Counted from the first letter of the stretch, positions 29,339 to 40,179 are shown. The stretch: DNA of 64,000 nt from an uncultured Methylomirabilota bacterium (GCA_963845565.1 CAWJSJ010000001.1:352001-416000), one strand, 5' to 3'. A program made the numbers and translations. The notes: a model not told the origin generated them from the sequence alone.

Positions 29339-30025
29339 TTATTTCCCCAGCATGCGCTGTCGCAACGCGTCCAGCGTGAAATCCCTGGCCGTGGCGAAGT
29401 CCCGCAGGCCGGCCTCTCGTTCCCGGACCTTCAGGCACTCGGCGTATACCTTGTCCGCAATCTCCAGCGGGACGGTGGTGACGCCGCTGGCGTCGCCGTG
29501 GATCAGGTCGCCGGGTCGTACGGTGGTCCCGCTGATCTCCACGGGGATCCCGACCTCTTCGATGTTGAAGGTCCCGTGGGCCACGACGAAACCGGCGGCG
29601 AAGACGTGGTAGCCGAGCGGCGTGACTCCGGCGAGGTCCCGCACCCCGCCATCCGTGACGATGCCGATCGCCCCCAGTCGCTTGGTGATGGTGGCGATGA
29701 CGTCTCCCAGGAAGCAGGCGTGCGTCCGCCTTGGCCCCACGTCCTTGATGACCAGGACGGACGGCTTGGGCGCCGCGGCGACGGCTTCAAAGAGACGGAA
29801 GTGACCCTTTCGATCGCGGGCGCGCGCGGGTGCCATGCTGTTGGCGGTGGCGGTGACGGCGTAGCCCAGCATCACCCCAAACTCCGGGGTGTGGCAGGGG
29901 ACGTCCATTCCCAGGAACCCCTGCGTGTCGTCCCGCACCTTGAACGCCTCGATGGCGTTGGCCACCGTGGGGGAGTCCATCGCGCGCAGTTCGGCGAGCT
30001 GTTCCGGTGTCAGCGTGGTCGGCAT
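29339..30025 (-). CDS. RraA/HMG-aldolase family protein
   Basis: SPTVANAIE, GYAVTA, GIVTDGGVRD, VRPGDLIHGDASGV. Confidence 0.85.
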   Translation of the reverse strand: MPTTLTPEQLAELRAMDSPTVANAIEAFKVRDDTQGFLGMDVPCHTPEFGVMLGYAVTATANSMAPARARDRKGHFRLFEAVAAAPKPSVLVIKDVGPRRTHACFLGDVIATITKRLGAIGIVTDGGVRDLAGVTPLGYHVFAAGFVVAHGTFNIEEVGIPVEISGTTVRPGDLIHGDASGVTTVPLEIADKVYAECLKVREREAGLRDFATARDFTLDALRQRMLGK

Positions 30026-30317
30026 TCCGCGTCTCCTTTCCTGGGTCCTCGCGATACCAACGGGGAGTCGTAACGGTGCACAGGCTAACGCCTCGAACGA
30101 CCGGTGTCAATCGGATGGGTCGCGGAAGGGCGATGTCCCTCGTCCGACGTTCGAGCCCGGGTGTCAGACCTTCGTCGGGTTATGCGCACCTGCTTGACAT
30201 CGGACGGAAGTCGGTGCCATAACAGGCCGGTTCACACTGACTCGCTCGCCATCCGACGCCGACTGCGCCGGGATGGCGGGCCGACACGCAGCCTCCCCCA
30301 TGTCTGGAGATCATGCC

Positions 30318-31256
30318 ATGATCACGCTCGACGATGTGCAACAGGCTGATGAGCGGATAGCGCCGTACGTTCGCAGGACACCGCTTGTCGCCGCGCGGTG
30401 CCTCAAGGACGACCCGTGCAAGGATGGGGAGCTGCTCTTGAAGCTGGAGTGTCTCCAGGCGACCGGGTCGTTTAAGGCGCGCGGTGCGGCGAATAAACTG
30501 CTCTCGCTGACCTCTGAGGAGGTCCGGCGGGGGATCATCACCGCGTCCGGTGGGAACCACGGGCTCGCCACGGCGTACGCGGGGTGGCTCGGAAAGACCC
30601 GGACGACGGTGTACCTGCCGGAGAGCGCGTCGCGGGAAAAGGCCGCCAAGATCGCCACCTGGGGGGCAACGGTCGTGGTCAAGGGGCGGCATTGGGATGA
30701 CGCCAACCGGGAAGCCCTGGCCGTGGCCGATCGGGAGGGGCTGACCTACTTTCACCCGTTTGCGGATCCCGTCGTGATCGCCGGACAGGGCACAACCGCC
30801 CTGGAGATGCTGACGCAAGTCCCCGACGTGGACGACGTCCTAGTCGCCATCGGTGGGGGTGGGTTGATCAGCGGGGTTGCGCTGACCGTCAAGGCACTCC
30901 GTCCCGCCGCGCGCATCATCGGCATCGAGCCGACCGGTGCCCCGACCCTGTACGAAAGCGTGAAGGCCGGCCGGGTGGTGGAGTTGTCGGGCATCACGAC
31001 GAGCGTCCCCACTCTGGCGGCGCGGAAGACGGAACAGATCAATTTCGAGATCGTCCGGCAGTGCGTGGAGGAGATCGTTCTGGTGACCGACGACGCCATG
31101 CGGGAGGCGGCCCGCTGGCTCTGGTTCGAGATGGGGCTGGCCACCGATCTGAGCGGGGCCGCGTCTCTGGCGGCCGTCCGAAGCGGCAAAGTCCCGCTCG
31201 CTGCGGGGCGAAAAGTCTGCGCCCTGGTCTGTGGGGCGGGATCTGACGGCTTGTGA
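30318..31256 (+). CDS. PLP-dependent threonine/serine dehydratase
   Basis: LKLECLQATGSFKARGA, ASGGNHG, AIGGGGLISG. Confidence 0.88.
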   Translation: MITLDDVQQADERIAPYVRRTPLVAARCLKDDPCKDGELLLKLECLQATGSFKARGAANKLLSLTSEEVRRGIITASGGNHGLATAYAGWLGKTRTTVYLPESASREKAAKIATWGATVVVKGRHWDDANREALAVADREGLTYFHPFADPVVIAGQGTTALEMLTQVPDVDDVLVAIGGGGLISGVALTVKALRPAARIIGIEPTGAPTLYESVKAGRVVELSGITTSVPTLAARKTEQINFEIVRQCVEEIVLVTDDAMREAARWLWFEMGLATDLSGAASLAAVRSGKVPLAAGRKVCALVCGAGSDGL

Positions 31257-31439
31257 GATGGGTGCGTGCCCGTCCCGCGCCGGTTCCGGGACCGCGGTCT
31301 CCGCTTGTCGCGGGGGAGATGCGTTCGTATAATCGTCACCGTGCGGGGAGGGGCGGCGCCGCGGGGTGGGCGAGGGATGTGATGTCCGGCATGCGCGGCC
31401 TCGCGAGACGATGATGAGCATTCACGGGACCAGGGTGCG

Positions 31440-32375
31440 ATGCGCCAGCCGGTTCTGAACAAGTCGTTCGCAATCTCTTTGCTGCTCCACGCAGGACTCG
31501 TGGGTCTGCTGCTGTTGCTGGCGAGACCGTCGCTCTCCCCGGACCGGCCTATCCGCGTGCGGATCCTGGAGCCGCCGCCGGTCGCTGTGGCGCCGGCCGG
31601 CCAGGGTATGGCTCCGCAGCCCGTCCCGCGTCCCGCCCCCAAGGCACCGCCGGCCCCCCCGCCCCGGAGCATGTCGAGCGAGCGGAACAGCCGCGACGAT
31701 CGTCTCGCACGGCCCGAGCCGCCGGCCGTCGCCCCGCCGCCGCGTCCGGCTCCCACTCCCACGTCCGAGCCACCCCCGGCGCCAAGCGCGCCGCCCCAGG
31801 TCGCGTCACGACCCGCGCCGGAGGCGGCGCCTCCGCCCGTCGAGACTCGACGCGAAACGCTGCCGGAGCGGGTCCAGCCGGACCGAAGCGGTCTCAGCTT
31901 GGGTGGGCCGCTTCCGGAAGCGGCCGGCTCGGGGACTGCCTCGGGTTCACCGCGGGCGAGTAGCGCTCGCCCATCGCTCCGGGATCAGATCGCCGGACTC
32001 GGTTCGGGCCTCACGGCCGATCTCGGCGGGCTCGCCCGAGAAACGGTTCCTCTGGACAGCAGCGAGCCGCGCTTCTCAGACTACCTCGCGCGGCTCAAGC
32101 GGCGCATTGAGCGCGAGTGGACCTACCCCGAAGAGGCACGGCGCGTCGGCATGGCCGGGGAGTTGGTCCTGGTGTTCACGCTGAACCGGGCCGGGTCCCT
32201 CACCCACATCCAGCTCGTCCGGAGCTCCGGTTTTCCGGCCTTGGACAGCGAGGCCCTGCGCGCGGTGAAGACCGCGGCCCCCTACGACCCCTTCCCAACC
32301 CAGATGGGCGACGAGCCCAAGAACATCTCCGCCATCTTCCGCTACCAATCCCTGGCCTACTACCGGAGGAATTAA
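31440..32375 (+). CDS. TonB-family energy transducer
   Basis: SLLLH TM anchor, Pro-rich linker, YPEEAR..G..G.V, SSGFPALDSEAL. Confidence 0.85.
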   Translation: MRQPVLNKSFAISLLLHAGLVGLLLLLARPSLSPDRPIRVRILEPPPVAVAPAGQGMAPQPVPRPAPKAPPAPPPRSMSSERNSRDDRLARPEPPAVAPPPRPAPTPTSEPPPAPSAPPQVASRPAPEAAPPPVETRRETLPERVQPDRSGLSLGGPLPEAAGSGTASGSPRASSARPSLRDQIAGLGSGLTADLGGLARETVPLDSSEPRFSDYLARLKRRIEREWTYPEEARRVGMAGELVLVFTLNRAGSLTHIQLVRSSGFPALDSEALRAVKTAAPYDPFPTQMGDEPKNISAIFRYQSLAYYRRN

Positions 32376-32382
32376 CCGAGCC

Positions 32383-34815
32383 ATGCGTCGGCATGTGCTG
32401 CCCTGCGCACGCCTGTTCCTGTCCGCCTTCTGGCGGCGGGTGGTCGGTCCCGCCTGGGCCGCCCGCCCGCCCGCCGGCGAGCGCCGACTGCGAGGCCTCT
32501 TCCAGGAAGTGCGGATCCGGCGCGACGAGGCCGGCATCGCGCACATCTTCGCCGAGAACCTCCCGGACCTGGGATTCGGGGCGGGCGCGGCGATGGCGCA
32601 GGACCGACTCTGGCAAATGGACGCGATGCGGCGACTGGCGTGCGGACGCATGGCCGAACTGGCGGGCGACCGCCGGCTCGAAGGGGGCAGCCTCCACCTC
32701 GCGGGCCCGTCGCTGCTCGCCGTAGACCAACACTATCGCAGCCTTCGCTTTCGCGAAATTGCCGAAGAGGAGCTGTCGCAGGTCAGCGACGAGGGGCGCG
32801 GTCTCCTCGAAGGGTTCGCGCGCGGGGTGAACGCCTGGGTGGGGCAGTGCCGTCCGGGTGACCTGTCGCCGGAGTTCCTGTTGGCCGGCATCGATCCGGA
32901 GCCCTGGCGACCCGAGGATTCCCTGGTCATCGGCAAGCTGATCGGGTGGCTCCTGAGTCTGGCCTTTGTGGCCAAGCCGATCCTGGCGGCACTCGCCGCC
33001 GACCCGGTCCTCCAACGGCTGCGCCCCCCACACTTGGCGGATGGTCCCTGTATCGTCGGGCGGGGGCCAGCGGCCGAACCGGCGGAACTGGACCTGCTGG
33101 CGCGGCGCGCCCTGGGGCTCCTGGGACCGGGTACGGGGAGCAACAGCTGGGTGGTGGGGGGTGGCCGGACGGCGTCGGGGAAACCGATTCTCTGTAACGA
33201 CCCTCACCTCGTCTTTGGGTTGCCCGCCTTGTGGTATCCGGTGGCCCTCTCCGTTCCGACGCACCGGGTGATCGGCGCCACCATGGCGGGCATTCCGGGG
33301 GTCCTGATCGGGCGGAACGATCGGGTGGCGTGGGGGATCACCGCCGTGATGGCGGACGACGGCGATTACTACCGCGAAACCCTCGACGCAGCCGGGACGC
33401 GATATCTCCGCGACGGGGCATGGCGGCCCGTGGAAACCGTCGAGGCGACGTTCCGGGTGCGCGGACACCCCGCGCCGGTGCGCGGCACGCTCCGTTACGT
33501 CCGGCACGAGGGTGTGCTCTGCCCGCTGCTCCCGACCGTCGCGGGCGAGGCAACGGGCTCCTACCGTTGGGTGGGTTTCGAGGCCTGGCGCGGGCTGGAC
33601 GGCCTGCTGGCGATGAACCGGGCGGGAAACCTTCGGGAGTTCGCGTCGGCCCTGGAAGCGTTCGCGGTGCCGGCGCAGAACCTGGTGGCGGCCGACACGA
33701 CGGGTGCTTTCGGCTACTACTGCACCGGGAAGTTCCCGCGACGCGAGCGGGTGCGGGAGGCGACACCCGTCCTCGATGGTAGCGACCCGGATCACGCCTG
33801 GGGCGGGTACCTCTCGTGGGCGGAGCAGCCAAAGGCTCTGAACCCCGAAGACGGCATGATCGTGACGGCGAACAACCGGGTCGCGCGGGATCTGCCCCAC
33901 GCCTTGACCGGCGGGTTCTGGGAGCCCCCGTACCGGGCGACCCGTATCGCTTCACTGCTCGCCGACTACCCGAAGGCGCGCATCCAGGACATGGCGTGCG
34001 TTCAGGCTGATGTGGTCTCGTTGCAGTCGGCGGGGGTCGTGGCGAGCCTGATTCGGCCGGCTCGGCCGCGGTTGACGGAGCCGCGGGCGCGGCGAGCCGC
34101 GGACCTCCTGATGGCCTGGGACCATCGGATGGATGTCGACAGCGCCGCTGCGGCGCTGTACCATCTCTTCTATCACGAACTCCTCCAGCGGCGCGTGCGG
34201 CCGCTCCTGGACACGCGCGTGCCGGGTCTCTTCCAGCGGTATCTATCGACCCTACACCTGGCGGTCCCGGCGGTGGATACCGCCTTGCTGACGGGCGATC
34301 CGGTATGTTTTCCTGCCGGAGTCATGGGCATGGCCGAGGAGTGCCTGACGGCCGCGTGGGAGGCGGCTGTCCTACGCCTGGGGTCCGATCCTGCGACGTG
34401 GAGATGGGGAGACCTGCATCGGCTCACGCTTCACCACATGCTCGGGCGAGGTGGCGGTGCGGCGATGCGACTCTTGACCTGGCTCTTCCGGCTGAACCGT
34501 GGGCCGTTTCCGCAGGCCGGTGATGGGATGACGATCAACCTAGGGGCGTTTCTCCTCACGACGCCGTTCGCGACGGCGGTCGGGCCGAGCTACCGGCAGA
34601 TCATCGACCTGGGGGCACCCGAGGAGTCGCAGTGGATCATCGCCGGAGGCGCGTCCGGCGATCCTCGGTCGCGACATTACGCGGATCAGCTCTCGCTCTG
34701 GCGTACTGGGGAGACCCGGCCGATGCGATTCCTCGACACGGGGGCACCGGATCGCAACGTCTTGCGGCTCACGCCCGCGGCCGCCGATTGCGCCTCCACC
34801 TCCTGCATGCTATAA
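32383..34815 (+). CDS. Penicillin acylase / AHL-acylase family Ntn-hydrolase
   Basis: AQDRLWQMD, GSNSWVV (catalytic Ser), NDPHL, TANN, GPSYRQI, HYADQ. Confidence 0.88.
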   Translation: MRRHVLPCARLFLSAFWRRVVGPAWAARPPAGERRLRGLFQEVRIRRDEAGIAHIFAENLPDLGFGAGAAMAQDRLWQMDAMRRLACGRMAELAGDRRLEGGSLHLAGPSLLAVDQHYRSLRFREIAEEELSQVSDEGRGLLEGFARGVNAWVGQCRPGDLSPEFLLAGIDPEPWRPEDSLVIGKLIGWLLSLAFVAKPILAALAADPVLQRLRPPHLADGPCIVGRGPAAEPAELDLLARRALGLLGPGTGSNSWVVGGGRTASGKPILCNDPHLVFGLPALWYPVALSVPTHRVIGATMAGIPGVLIGRNDRVAWGITAVMADDGDYYRETLDAAGTRYLRDGAWRPVETVEATFRVRGHPAPVRGTLRYVRHEGVLCPLLPTVAGEATGSYRWVGFEAWRGLDGLLAMNRAGNLREFASALEAFAVPAQNLVAADTTGAFGYYCTGKFPRRERVREATPVLDGSDPDHAWGGYLSWAEQPKALNPEDGMIVTANNRVARDLPHALTGGFWEPPYRATRIASLLADYPKARIQDMACVQADVVSLQSAGVVASLIRPARPRLTEPRARRAADLLMAWDHRMDVDSAAAALYHLFYHELLQRRVRPLLDTRVPGLFQRYLSTLHLAVPAVDTALLTGDPVCFPAGVMGMAEECLTAAWEAAVLRLGSDPATWRWGDLHRLTLHHMLGRGGGAAMRLLTWLFRLNRGPFPQAGDGMTINLGAFLLTTPFATAVGPSYRQIIDLGAPEESQWIIAGGASGDPRSRHYADQLSLWRTGETRPMRFLDTGAPDRNVLRLTPAAADCASTSCML

Positions 34816-34881
34816 GAAGTCGATGCCCTGGCGGCGCGTCCTTGGCCGGTCGCGGTGCCCGCCACAGGGCCGAGGAATACC

Positions 34882-35979
34882 GTGATGCGTGGCGTAGGAT
34901 TCACGATCGAACCGTGGGCCTTCACCCTGGCACGGGAACTGGCGGGTGTGTTCGTCGTGGAGGACTGGCAGGTCCTGGACGGCATGGTCCGATTCCGGGG
35001 GACCCTGTTGACCGACCCCGAATCGGCCATGACGGTGCTCACGCCGCGAATCGAACCCTTCGGCTTCGTTCCGATGATTCACAGCCCACGCGAGATCGCC
35101 ATGATCCGGCTTCCGGCGGCGTCCCGGCGCGCGCCGGAAGGTTGGAGGGGCTGGCCGTTGAATCTGGCTCTTTTTCTGGCCACGCTCGGCACGACCCTGT
35201 TCGTGGGCGCGATCATGGAGGGGGCGAACCCGCTCCAGCAGCCGCTGTCGTTGGTGCAGGGCGTTCCCTTTTCGGCCAGCTTGCTCCTGATCCTGGGCTG
35301 TCACGAATTGGGCCACTACCTGACGGCCCGGGCCTACGGGGTGCACGTCAGCCTGCCGTATTTCGTCCCCCTTCCGCTTCCGCCGATGGGGACCATGGGG
35401 GCGATCATCCGGATGCGGTCCCCCATTCCCAGCCGGAAGGTGCTGTTCGACATCGGGATCGCCGGACCCTTGTTGGGTCTCGTGGTGGCGGTGCCGGTGC
35501 TGGTCCTAGGCCTCATCCTGTCTCCCGTGAAACCGGTGTCCGGCGTGATCTTCCAGGAGGGGAACTCGCTCGTCTATCTGCTGCTGAAATGGATCATCAA
35601 GGGGCCGATCCCCGACGGATCGGACGTGATGCTGCATCCGATGGCCCTGGCGGGATGGCTGGGCCTGTTCGTCACGGCGCTGAACCTGATGCCGCTCTCG
35701 CAGTTGGATGGCGGCCACATCGTCTACGCGGTCCTGGGCCCGCGCTTCCGCAAGGCGGTATGGGTCTTTCTGGCTGTCCTGGTCGGGCTGTTTCTCGTCT
35801 CGCATTGGGAAGGCTGGCTGGTGTGGGTCGGGCTGGCGGTGGCGCTGGGACTGCGGCACCCGCCGCCTCTCGACGATGTGACCCCACTGGATCGGACCCG
35901 ACGCTGGCTGGCGGTCGTGGCGCTGGGCCTGTTGATCGCGCTGGTGACGCCGCTGCCGTTCGCGATTTACGAACTGTGA
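34882..35979 (+). CDS. Site-2 protease (M50) membrane metalloprotease
   Basis: HELGH, IGIAGP, NLMPLSQLDGGH. Confidence 0.9.
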   Translation: MMRGVGFTIEPWAFTLARELAGVFVVEDWQVLDGMVRFRGTLLTDPESAMTVLTPRIEPFGFVPMIHSPREIAMIRLPAASRRAPEGWRGWPLNLALFLATLGTTLFVGAIMEGANPLQQPLSLVQGVPFSASLLLILGCHELGHYLTARAYGVHVSLPYFVPLPLPPMGTMGAIIRMRSPIPSRKVLFDIGIAGPLLGLVVAVPVLVLGLILSPVKPVSGVIFQEGNSLVYLLLKWIIKGPIPDGSDVMLHPMALAGWLGLFVTALNLMPLSQLDGGHIVYAVLGPRFRKAVWVFLAVLVGLFLVSHWEGWLVWVGLAVALGLRHPPPLDDVTPLDRTRRWLAVVALGLLIALVTPLPFAIYEL

Positions 35980-36083
35980 GCGCTGACCGTGGCCGATCGA
36001 CGACGGATCACGGGTGGAGATGACGCCTGGCACCATGATCCCCGATCGATCGTCGATGGCCGACGCTTCAAGGGGTATCCGTC

Positions 36084-37145
36084 ATGAACCTGGCCCCTCG
36101 TGGTGCAAGTCCGCGGCTGGCGTTGGGGAAACCCCCCTGGGAGGTCCTTGACCGACTGTTCGCGCAGTATGCCATCCGCGACCCGCGGGTGATCATGGGG
36201 CCACGGGTGGGAGAAGATGCCGCCGTGCTGGACATCGGGGACCGGTATCTCGTCGCCAAGGTGGATCCCATCACCTTTGTGGCGGAAGAGATCGGGTGGT
36301 ACGCCGTCCACATCAACGCCAACGACCTGGCGGTGCGGGGAGCCCGGCCGGCGTGGTTCCTGATGACGCTCCTGCTGCCGGAGGGGCAAGCCGACGAGGC
36401 GCAGTTGGCCGCCATCTTTGGGCAAGTGCAGGACGCCTGCCGTGCCGTCGGGGCCAGTCTGGTCGGCGGCCACACCGAGGTCACGCAGGGGCTGGATCGT
36501 CCGATCCTGGCGGGCGCCATGCTGGGCGAGGTGGAGAAGGATCGCCTGGTGACGACGGGGGGCGCCCGCGTCGGCGACGCGGTGCTGCTGAGTAAAGGGA
36601 TCGCCATCGAGGGGGCGTCGATTCTGGCGCGAGAATTTGACCGGGTGCTGGGGGAGCGCGGGGTCGAGCCCGAGGTCCGCGCCCGCGCCCGCGCTTTGGT
36701 GCACCGGCCGGGGATCTCGGTCCTTCCGGACGCCCGGACCGCCGTCGCCGCGGCAGCCATTCATGCCATGCACGATCCGACCGAGGGCGGGCTGGCCACC
36801 GGCCTCCAGGAGGTTGCCCTGGCGGCCGGGATCGGTCTCCGCATCGACCGGGAGGCGATTCCGGTCTTGCCCGAGTGTGCCGCGATGTGCCACGCCTTGG
36901 GACTCGACCCGCTCGGCCTGATCGCCTCCGGGGCGCTCCTGCTTACCTGTGCGCCCGAGGCGGCCGACCACGTCCTGGCCGCGTGGACGGCGGCGGGCAT
37001 CGACGGGAACCTGATCGGGCACGCGACCCCGCCGGAAGACGGCTGTCGGCTGATCAGTCGTGCAGGCGAGATCCCGCTGCCGCGGTTTCCCCGGGACGAG
37101 GTGGCCCGGTTCCTGGACGCGGAACGGCCGGCAGCCACCCTCTGA
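36084..37145 (+). CDS. AIR synthase-related protein (PurM/HypE/ThiL superfamily)
   Basis: GEDAAV, DPITF, NANDL, VGGHTE, MHDPTEGG, DPLGLIASG. Confidence 0.8.
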   Translation: MNLAPRGASPRLALGKPPWEVLDRLFAQYAIRDPRVIMGPRVGEDAAVLDIGDRYLVAKVDPITFVAEEIGWYAVHINANDLAVRGARPAWFLMTLLLPEGQADEAQLAAIFGQVQDACRAVGASLVGGHTEVTQGLDRPILAGAMLGEVEKDRLVTTGGARVGDAVLLSKGIAIEGASILAREFDRVLGERGVEPEVRARARALVHRPGISVLPDARTAVAAAAIHAMHDPTEGGLATGLQEVALAAGIGLRIDREAIPVLPECAAMCHALGLDPLGLIASGALLLTCAPEAADHVLAAWTAAGIDGNLIGHATPPEDGCRLISRAGEIPLPRFPRDEVARFLDAERPAATL

Positions 37146-37240
37146 CCGTTTGGGGGGCTCAGGGGCGTGTGTGATATGATGCGTGCGCCGGGTCGCCAGG
37201 GGCGACCCGGCGATCCCGTTCCGTCATGAGGGAGGCCGCT

Positions 37241-38005
37241 ATGGCGCAGACCGTTGGTCCTCTTGCGTCTCGTATTCTGGTATCGGAGGACGACCCGATT
37301 CAGGCGGCGGTCATTTGCGACCTGCTGGAGAAGGAAGGCTACGAAGTCGAGTGGCGCGCGACCCTGGCCGAAACGCGCGAAGTCATGCGGGCCGGAATCC
37401 CGGATCTCCTCCTGCTCGACCGCATGTTTCCGGACGGGGACGGCTGTCTCCTCTGCCAGGAGTTGAAAGCCAACCCAGCGACCCTGGGTCTGCCGATCAT
37501 CCTGCTCACGGCGCGGGACCGGGTGGAGGATCGGGTCGAGGGGTTGCTTCGCGGCGCCGACGACTACATCCCCAAACCGTTTCATCCCAGGGAATTCTTG
37601 GCGCGGGTCCACAGCTGTCTTCGGACGCTGGCTCTGCAGCGGGAGTTGCGGCTCAAGGCGGAGGAGTTGGCGCGAAAACACCAGGCGCTGGTGGAGACGC
37701 AAGAGCGCCTGATCCGCAGCGAGCGGCTGGCGGCGATCGGCGAGATCGGCGTGGGCATCCGGCACGAAATCAACAATCCCCTGGGGACGATCCTGGGATT
37801 CGTGGATCTGCTTCTCACGCAGGCGGATGCGTTTCCCGAGGCCGCGCGGCGGAAACTCGAGGCGATCCGGCGGGCGACGATCCGGATCCGCGACGTGGTG
37901 CGGCGCCTAGAGGATATCGAGGACCGGACCGTGGAATACGTCCCGGGAATGCAGATGACGGACCTGAGCGGAGACGAGCCTCCGGGGGCGGAAAGAGCCC
38001 TCTGA
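37241..38005 (+). CDS. Response regulator: REC + HisKA/DHp, no HATPase domain
   Basis: ILVSEDD, DRMFPDGDG, LLTAR, GADDYIPKPF, SERLAAIG....IRHEINNPL. Confidence 0.85.
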   Translation: MAQTVGPLASRILVSEDDPIQAAVICDLLEKEGYEVEWRATLAETREVMRAGIPDLLLLDRMFPDGDGCLLCQELKANPATLGLPIILLTARDRVEDRVEGLLRGADDYIPKPFHPREFLARVHSCLRTLALQRELRLKAEELARKHQALVETQERLIRSERLAAIGEIGVGIRHEINNPLGTILGFVDLLLTQADAFPEAARRKLEAIRRATIRIRDVVRRLEDIEDRTVEYVPGMQMTDLSGDEPPGAERAL

Positions 38006-38031
38006 CAGCGCGGAGGGGAGGGGGGCGCGGG

Positions 38032-38934
38032 CTACCGCCCGGTCAGGCGGTGGCGTGCCCAGCAGCCGGCCGCCAGCGCAAGGCGGTGTGCGTCCGACAG
38101 CCGAATGGGTTGCGAGTAGACGTCATACCCGCGTGCCTCGATCTTGTCGAGGAGGCGGCTGTAGATGGCCCGCATGATCTCGGCGCACAGCATGGTGCCG
38201 CGGTCTGCGCTCGGCAGCGCGGCCTGCGCAGCCCGGTAGAACTCGCGGGCTCGGCCGACCTCGAACTGCATCAGGGCGCGAAAGGCGGGGGTCAAACGTC
38301 GCGCCAGGATGTCGGCGTCAGAACACCCGAACCGTGCCAAGTCCTCGCGCGGCAGATAGATCCGCCCCGCCGCCCCGTCCCGGCCCACGTCGCGCAGGAT
38401 GTTGGTGAGCTGAAAGGCGGTGCCGAGGTGTTCGGCGTACCGCCGGGTTTCCGGACGGGTGTAGCCGAAGACCTCGATGCACATGAGTCCCACCACACCC
38501 GCGACGCGATAGCAATACTGCTGAAGCTCGGCGAAGGTGTCGTAGCGGCTCTGCCTCAGATCCATCTCGACCCCGTTCAGCAGCTCGTCGAAATAACCTT
38601 TCGAAATGGGGAAAGCGCCCAGGACTTCCCCCAGGCGCCGGGTGACGGGGTGGCGCGCCTCGCCTCGGAAACAGGCGTCCAGTTCGGCACGCCACGCCGT
38701 CAGGCGGTCGGCGGGCGTCGTCCGTTCATCGGTGCCCGGGGACGCCGCGGCGGCCGTCAGCCCTTCGTCCACCACGTCGTCGCTGATCCGACAAAAGGCG
38801 TAGATGGCGTAGAGGGCCTCGCGTTTGGGCTTGGGGAGGACCAGGAACGCGTAGGTGAAATTGGAGCGGCTGGCCTTGGTGACGGCCCGGGAGACGTTCG
38901 AGGGTGCCGCGGTCGTCCCGCCGATTGGGTTCAT
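38032..38934 (-). CDS. hpnD: Squalene/phytoene synthase family, presqualene diphosphate synthase-like
   Basis: SNFTYAF, YAFCRISDDVVD, YCYRVAGVVG, QLTNILRDV..D...GRIYLP. Confidence 0.75.
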   Translation of the reverse strand: MNPIGGTTAAPSNVSRAVTKASRSNFTYAFLVLPKPKREALYAIYAFCRISDDVVDEGLTAAAASPGTDERTTPADRLTAWRAELDACFRGEARHPVTRRLGEVLGAFPISKGYFDELLNGVEMDLRQSRYDTFAELQQYCYRVAGVVGLMCIEVFGYTRPETRRYAEHLGTAFQLTNILRDVGRDGAAGRIYLPREDLARFGCSDADILARRLTPAFRALMQFEVGRAREFYRAAQAALPSADRGTMLCAEIMRAIYSRLLDKIEARGYDVYSQPIRLSDAHRLALAAGCWARHRLTGR

Positions 38935-39010
38935 GGCATGGCGCTCGGGGTGCCGGGTCTCCGGGTTGATCTGCGCCGGCTGCCCGCTGCCGGGGCGGGG
39001 TGGGCGGTCG

Positions 39011-39964
39011 TCAGACACGACGCGCATCACGGTCCCGCACGAGCTCCGGCGGGAGGGCGAAGCTCACCTCTTCCGTTACCGCCTCGATCTCTTCGATGTC
39101 GGTGACGCCCTGCGCCCGGAAGAACTGGACCACTTCATCCACCAGGTACTCCGGGGCCGACGCCCCCGCGGTGATCCCCAGGCTCTCGACACCGTCAAGC
39201 CAGGTCGGATCGATCTGCGAGATGTCGTCAATCAGGTACGCCCGCGCCCCGGCCGCCTGGGCGACCTCCGCGAGGCGGTTGCTGTTCGAGCTGTTCTTGG
39301 AGCCGATCACCAGGATGGCCGGGGCCCGGCGCGCCATGGCCTTCACGGCCAACTGGCGATTCTGGGTGGCGTAGCAGATGTCGTCCCGGGTGGGCGCCTC
39401 GATGTCGGGGAAGCGGCGGCGCAGGACATCCACCACGGTCGAGGTGTCGTCCAGGCTGAGCGTGGTCTGGGTGATCACGGCGACTCGGTTCGGGTCGGAC
39501 ACCTCGAGCGTCTCGGCCTCTTCGGCGGAGCCGATGAGGTGGATATGCTCGGGGGCGTGACCCATCGTCCCGACGACCTCGTCGTGCCCCTCGTGCCCCA
39601 CCAAGACGATGGGGCGCCCTTCGCGGGCGAAGCGGATCGCCTCATGGTGAACCTTGGTCACCAGCGGGCAGGTGGCGTCGATCACCTTGAGACCGCGGGC
39701 CGTGGCCCCGGCCCGCACCTCCGGCGAGACGCCGTGGGCGCTGAAGATCACCGTGGCGCCGTCGGGGACCTCGTCCAGTTCATCCACGAAGACCGCCCCC
39801 TTGGCCCGGAGATCGTTGACCACATGGACATTGTGGACGATTTCCTTGCGCACGTAGACGGGGCCGGGGTACAACTCCAACGCCAGATTCACGACGTCAA
39901 TGGCGCGATCCACTCCGGCGCAAAAGCCGCGTGGTTTCGCCAACAGGAGCTTCCTGACGGGCAT
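39011..39964 (-). CDS. ispH: 4-hydroxy-3-methylbut-2-enyl diphosphate reductase
   Basis: PRGFCAGVDRAI, EIVHN, DATCPLVTKVH, TQTTLS, DICYATQNRQ, SSNSNRL, TAGASAP. Confidence 0.96.
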   Translation of the reverse strand: MPVRKLLLAKPRGFCAGVDRAIDVVNLALELYPGPVYVRKEIVHNVHVVNDLRAKGAVFVDELDEVPDGATVIFSAHGVSPEVRAGATARGLKVIDATCPLVTKVHHEAIRFAREGRPIVLVGHEGHDEVVGTMGHAPEHIHLIGSAEEAETLEVSDPNRVAVITQTTLSLDDTSTVVDVLRRRFPDIEAPTRDDICYATQNRQLAVKAMARRAPAILVIGSKNSSNSNRLAEVAQAAGARAYLIDDISQIDPTWLDGVESLGITAGASAPEYLVDEVVQFFRAQGVTDIEEIEAVTEEVSFALPPELVRDRDARRV

Positions 39965-40179
39965 AGCGTTCCCTTCGTTTTTCTGCGGGCCGCGCATTCG
40001 ATGCGAAAGGCAGGCTATCCAGTTTGCCGGCCCTTGTCAATCGGTTTCGGGGCTGCCGGCGGGCGTGCAGGGCGGCGGTCCGGGGCGAAAAGGACGGTTG
40101 ACACGCGTCCCGAGCGTCCAGTATAAGTGGCCGTCGTACCAACGTGTCGAGTGTATGTCGACGGGAGCGCAAGGCTCGT

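Noticed and set aside
35992..36060. Degenerate GATC/GAC-rich inverted repeat before the AIR-synthase-like gene
   Set aside because: Imperfect and short; it cannot be distinguished from a weak hairpin or low-complexity spacer.
36084..37145. AIR-synthase-fold gene as selenophosphate synthetase SelD
   Set aside because: It lacks the N-terminal G[C/U]xxK motif and the DFF motif; it fits the generic PurM/HypE-like family.
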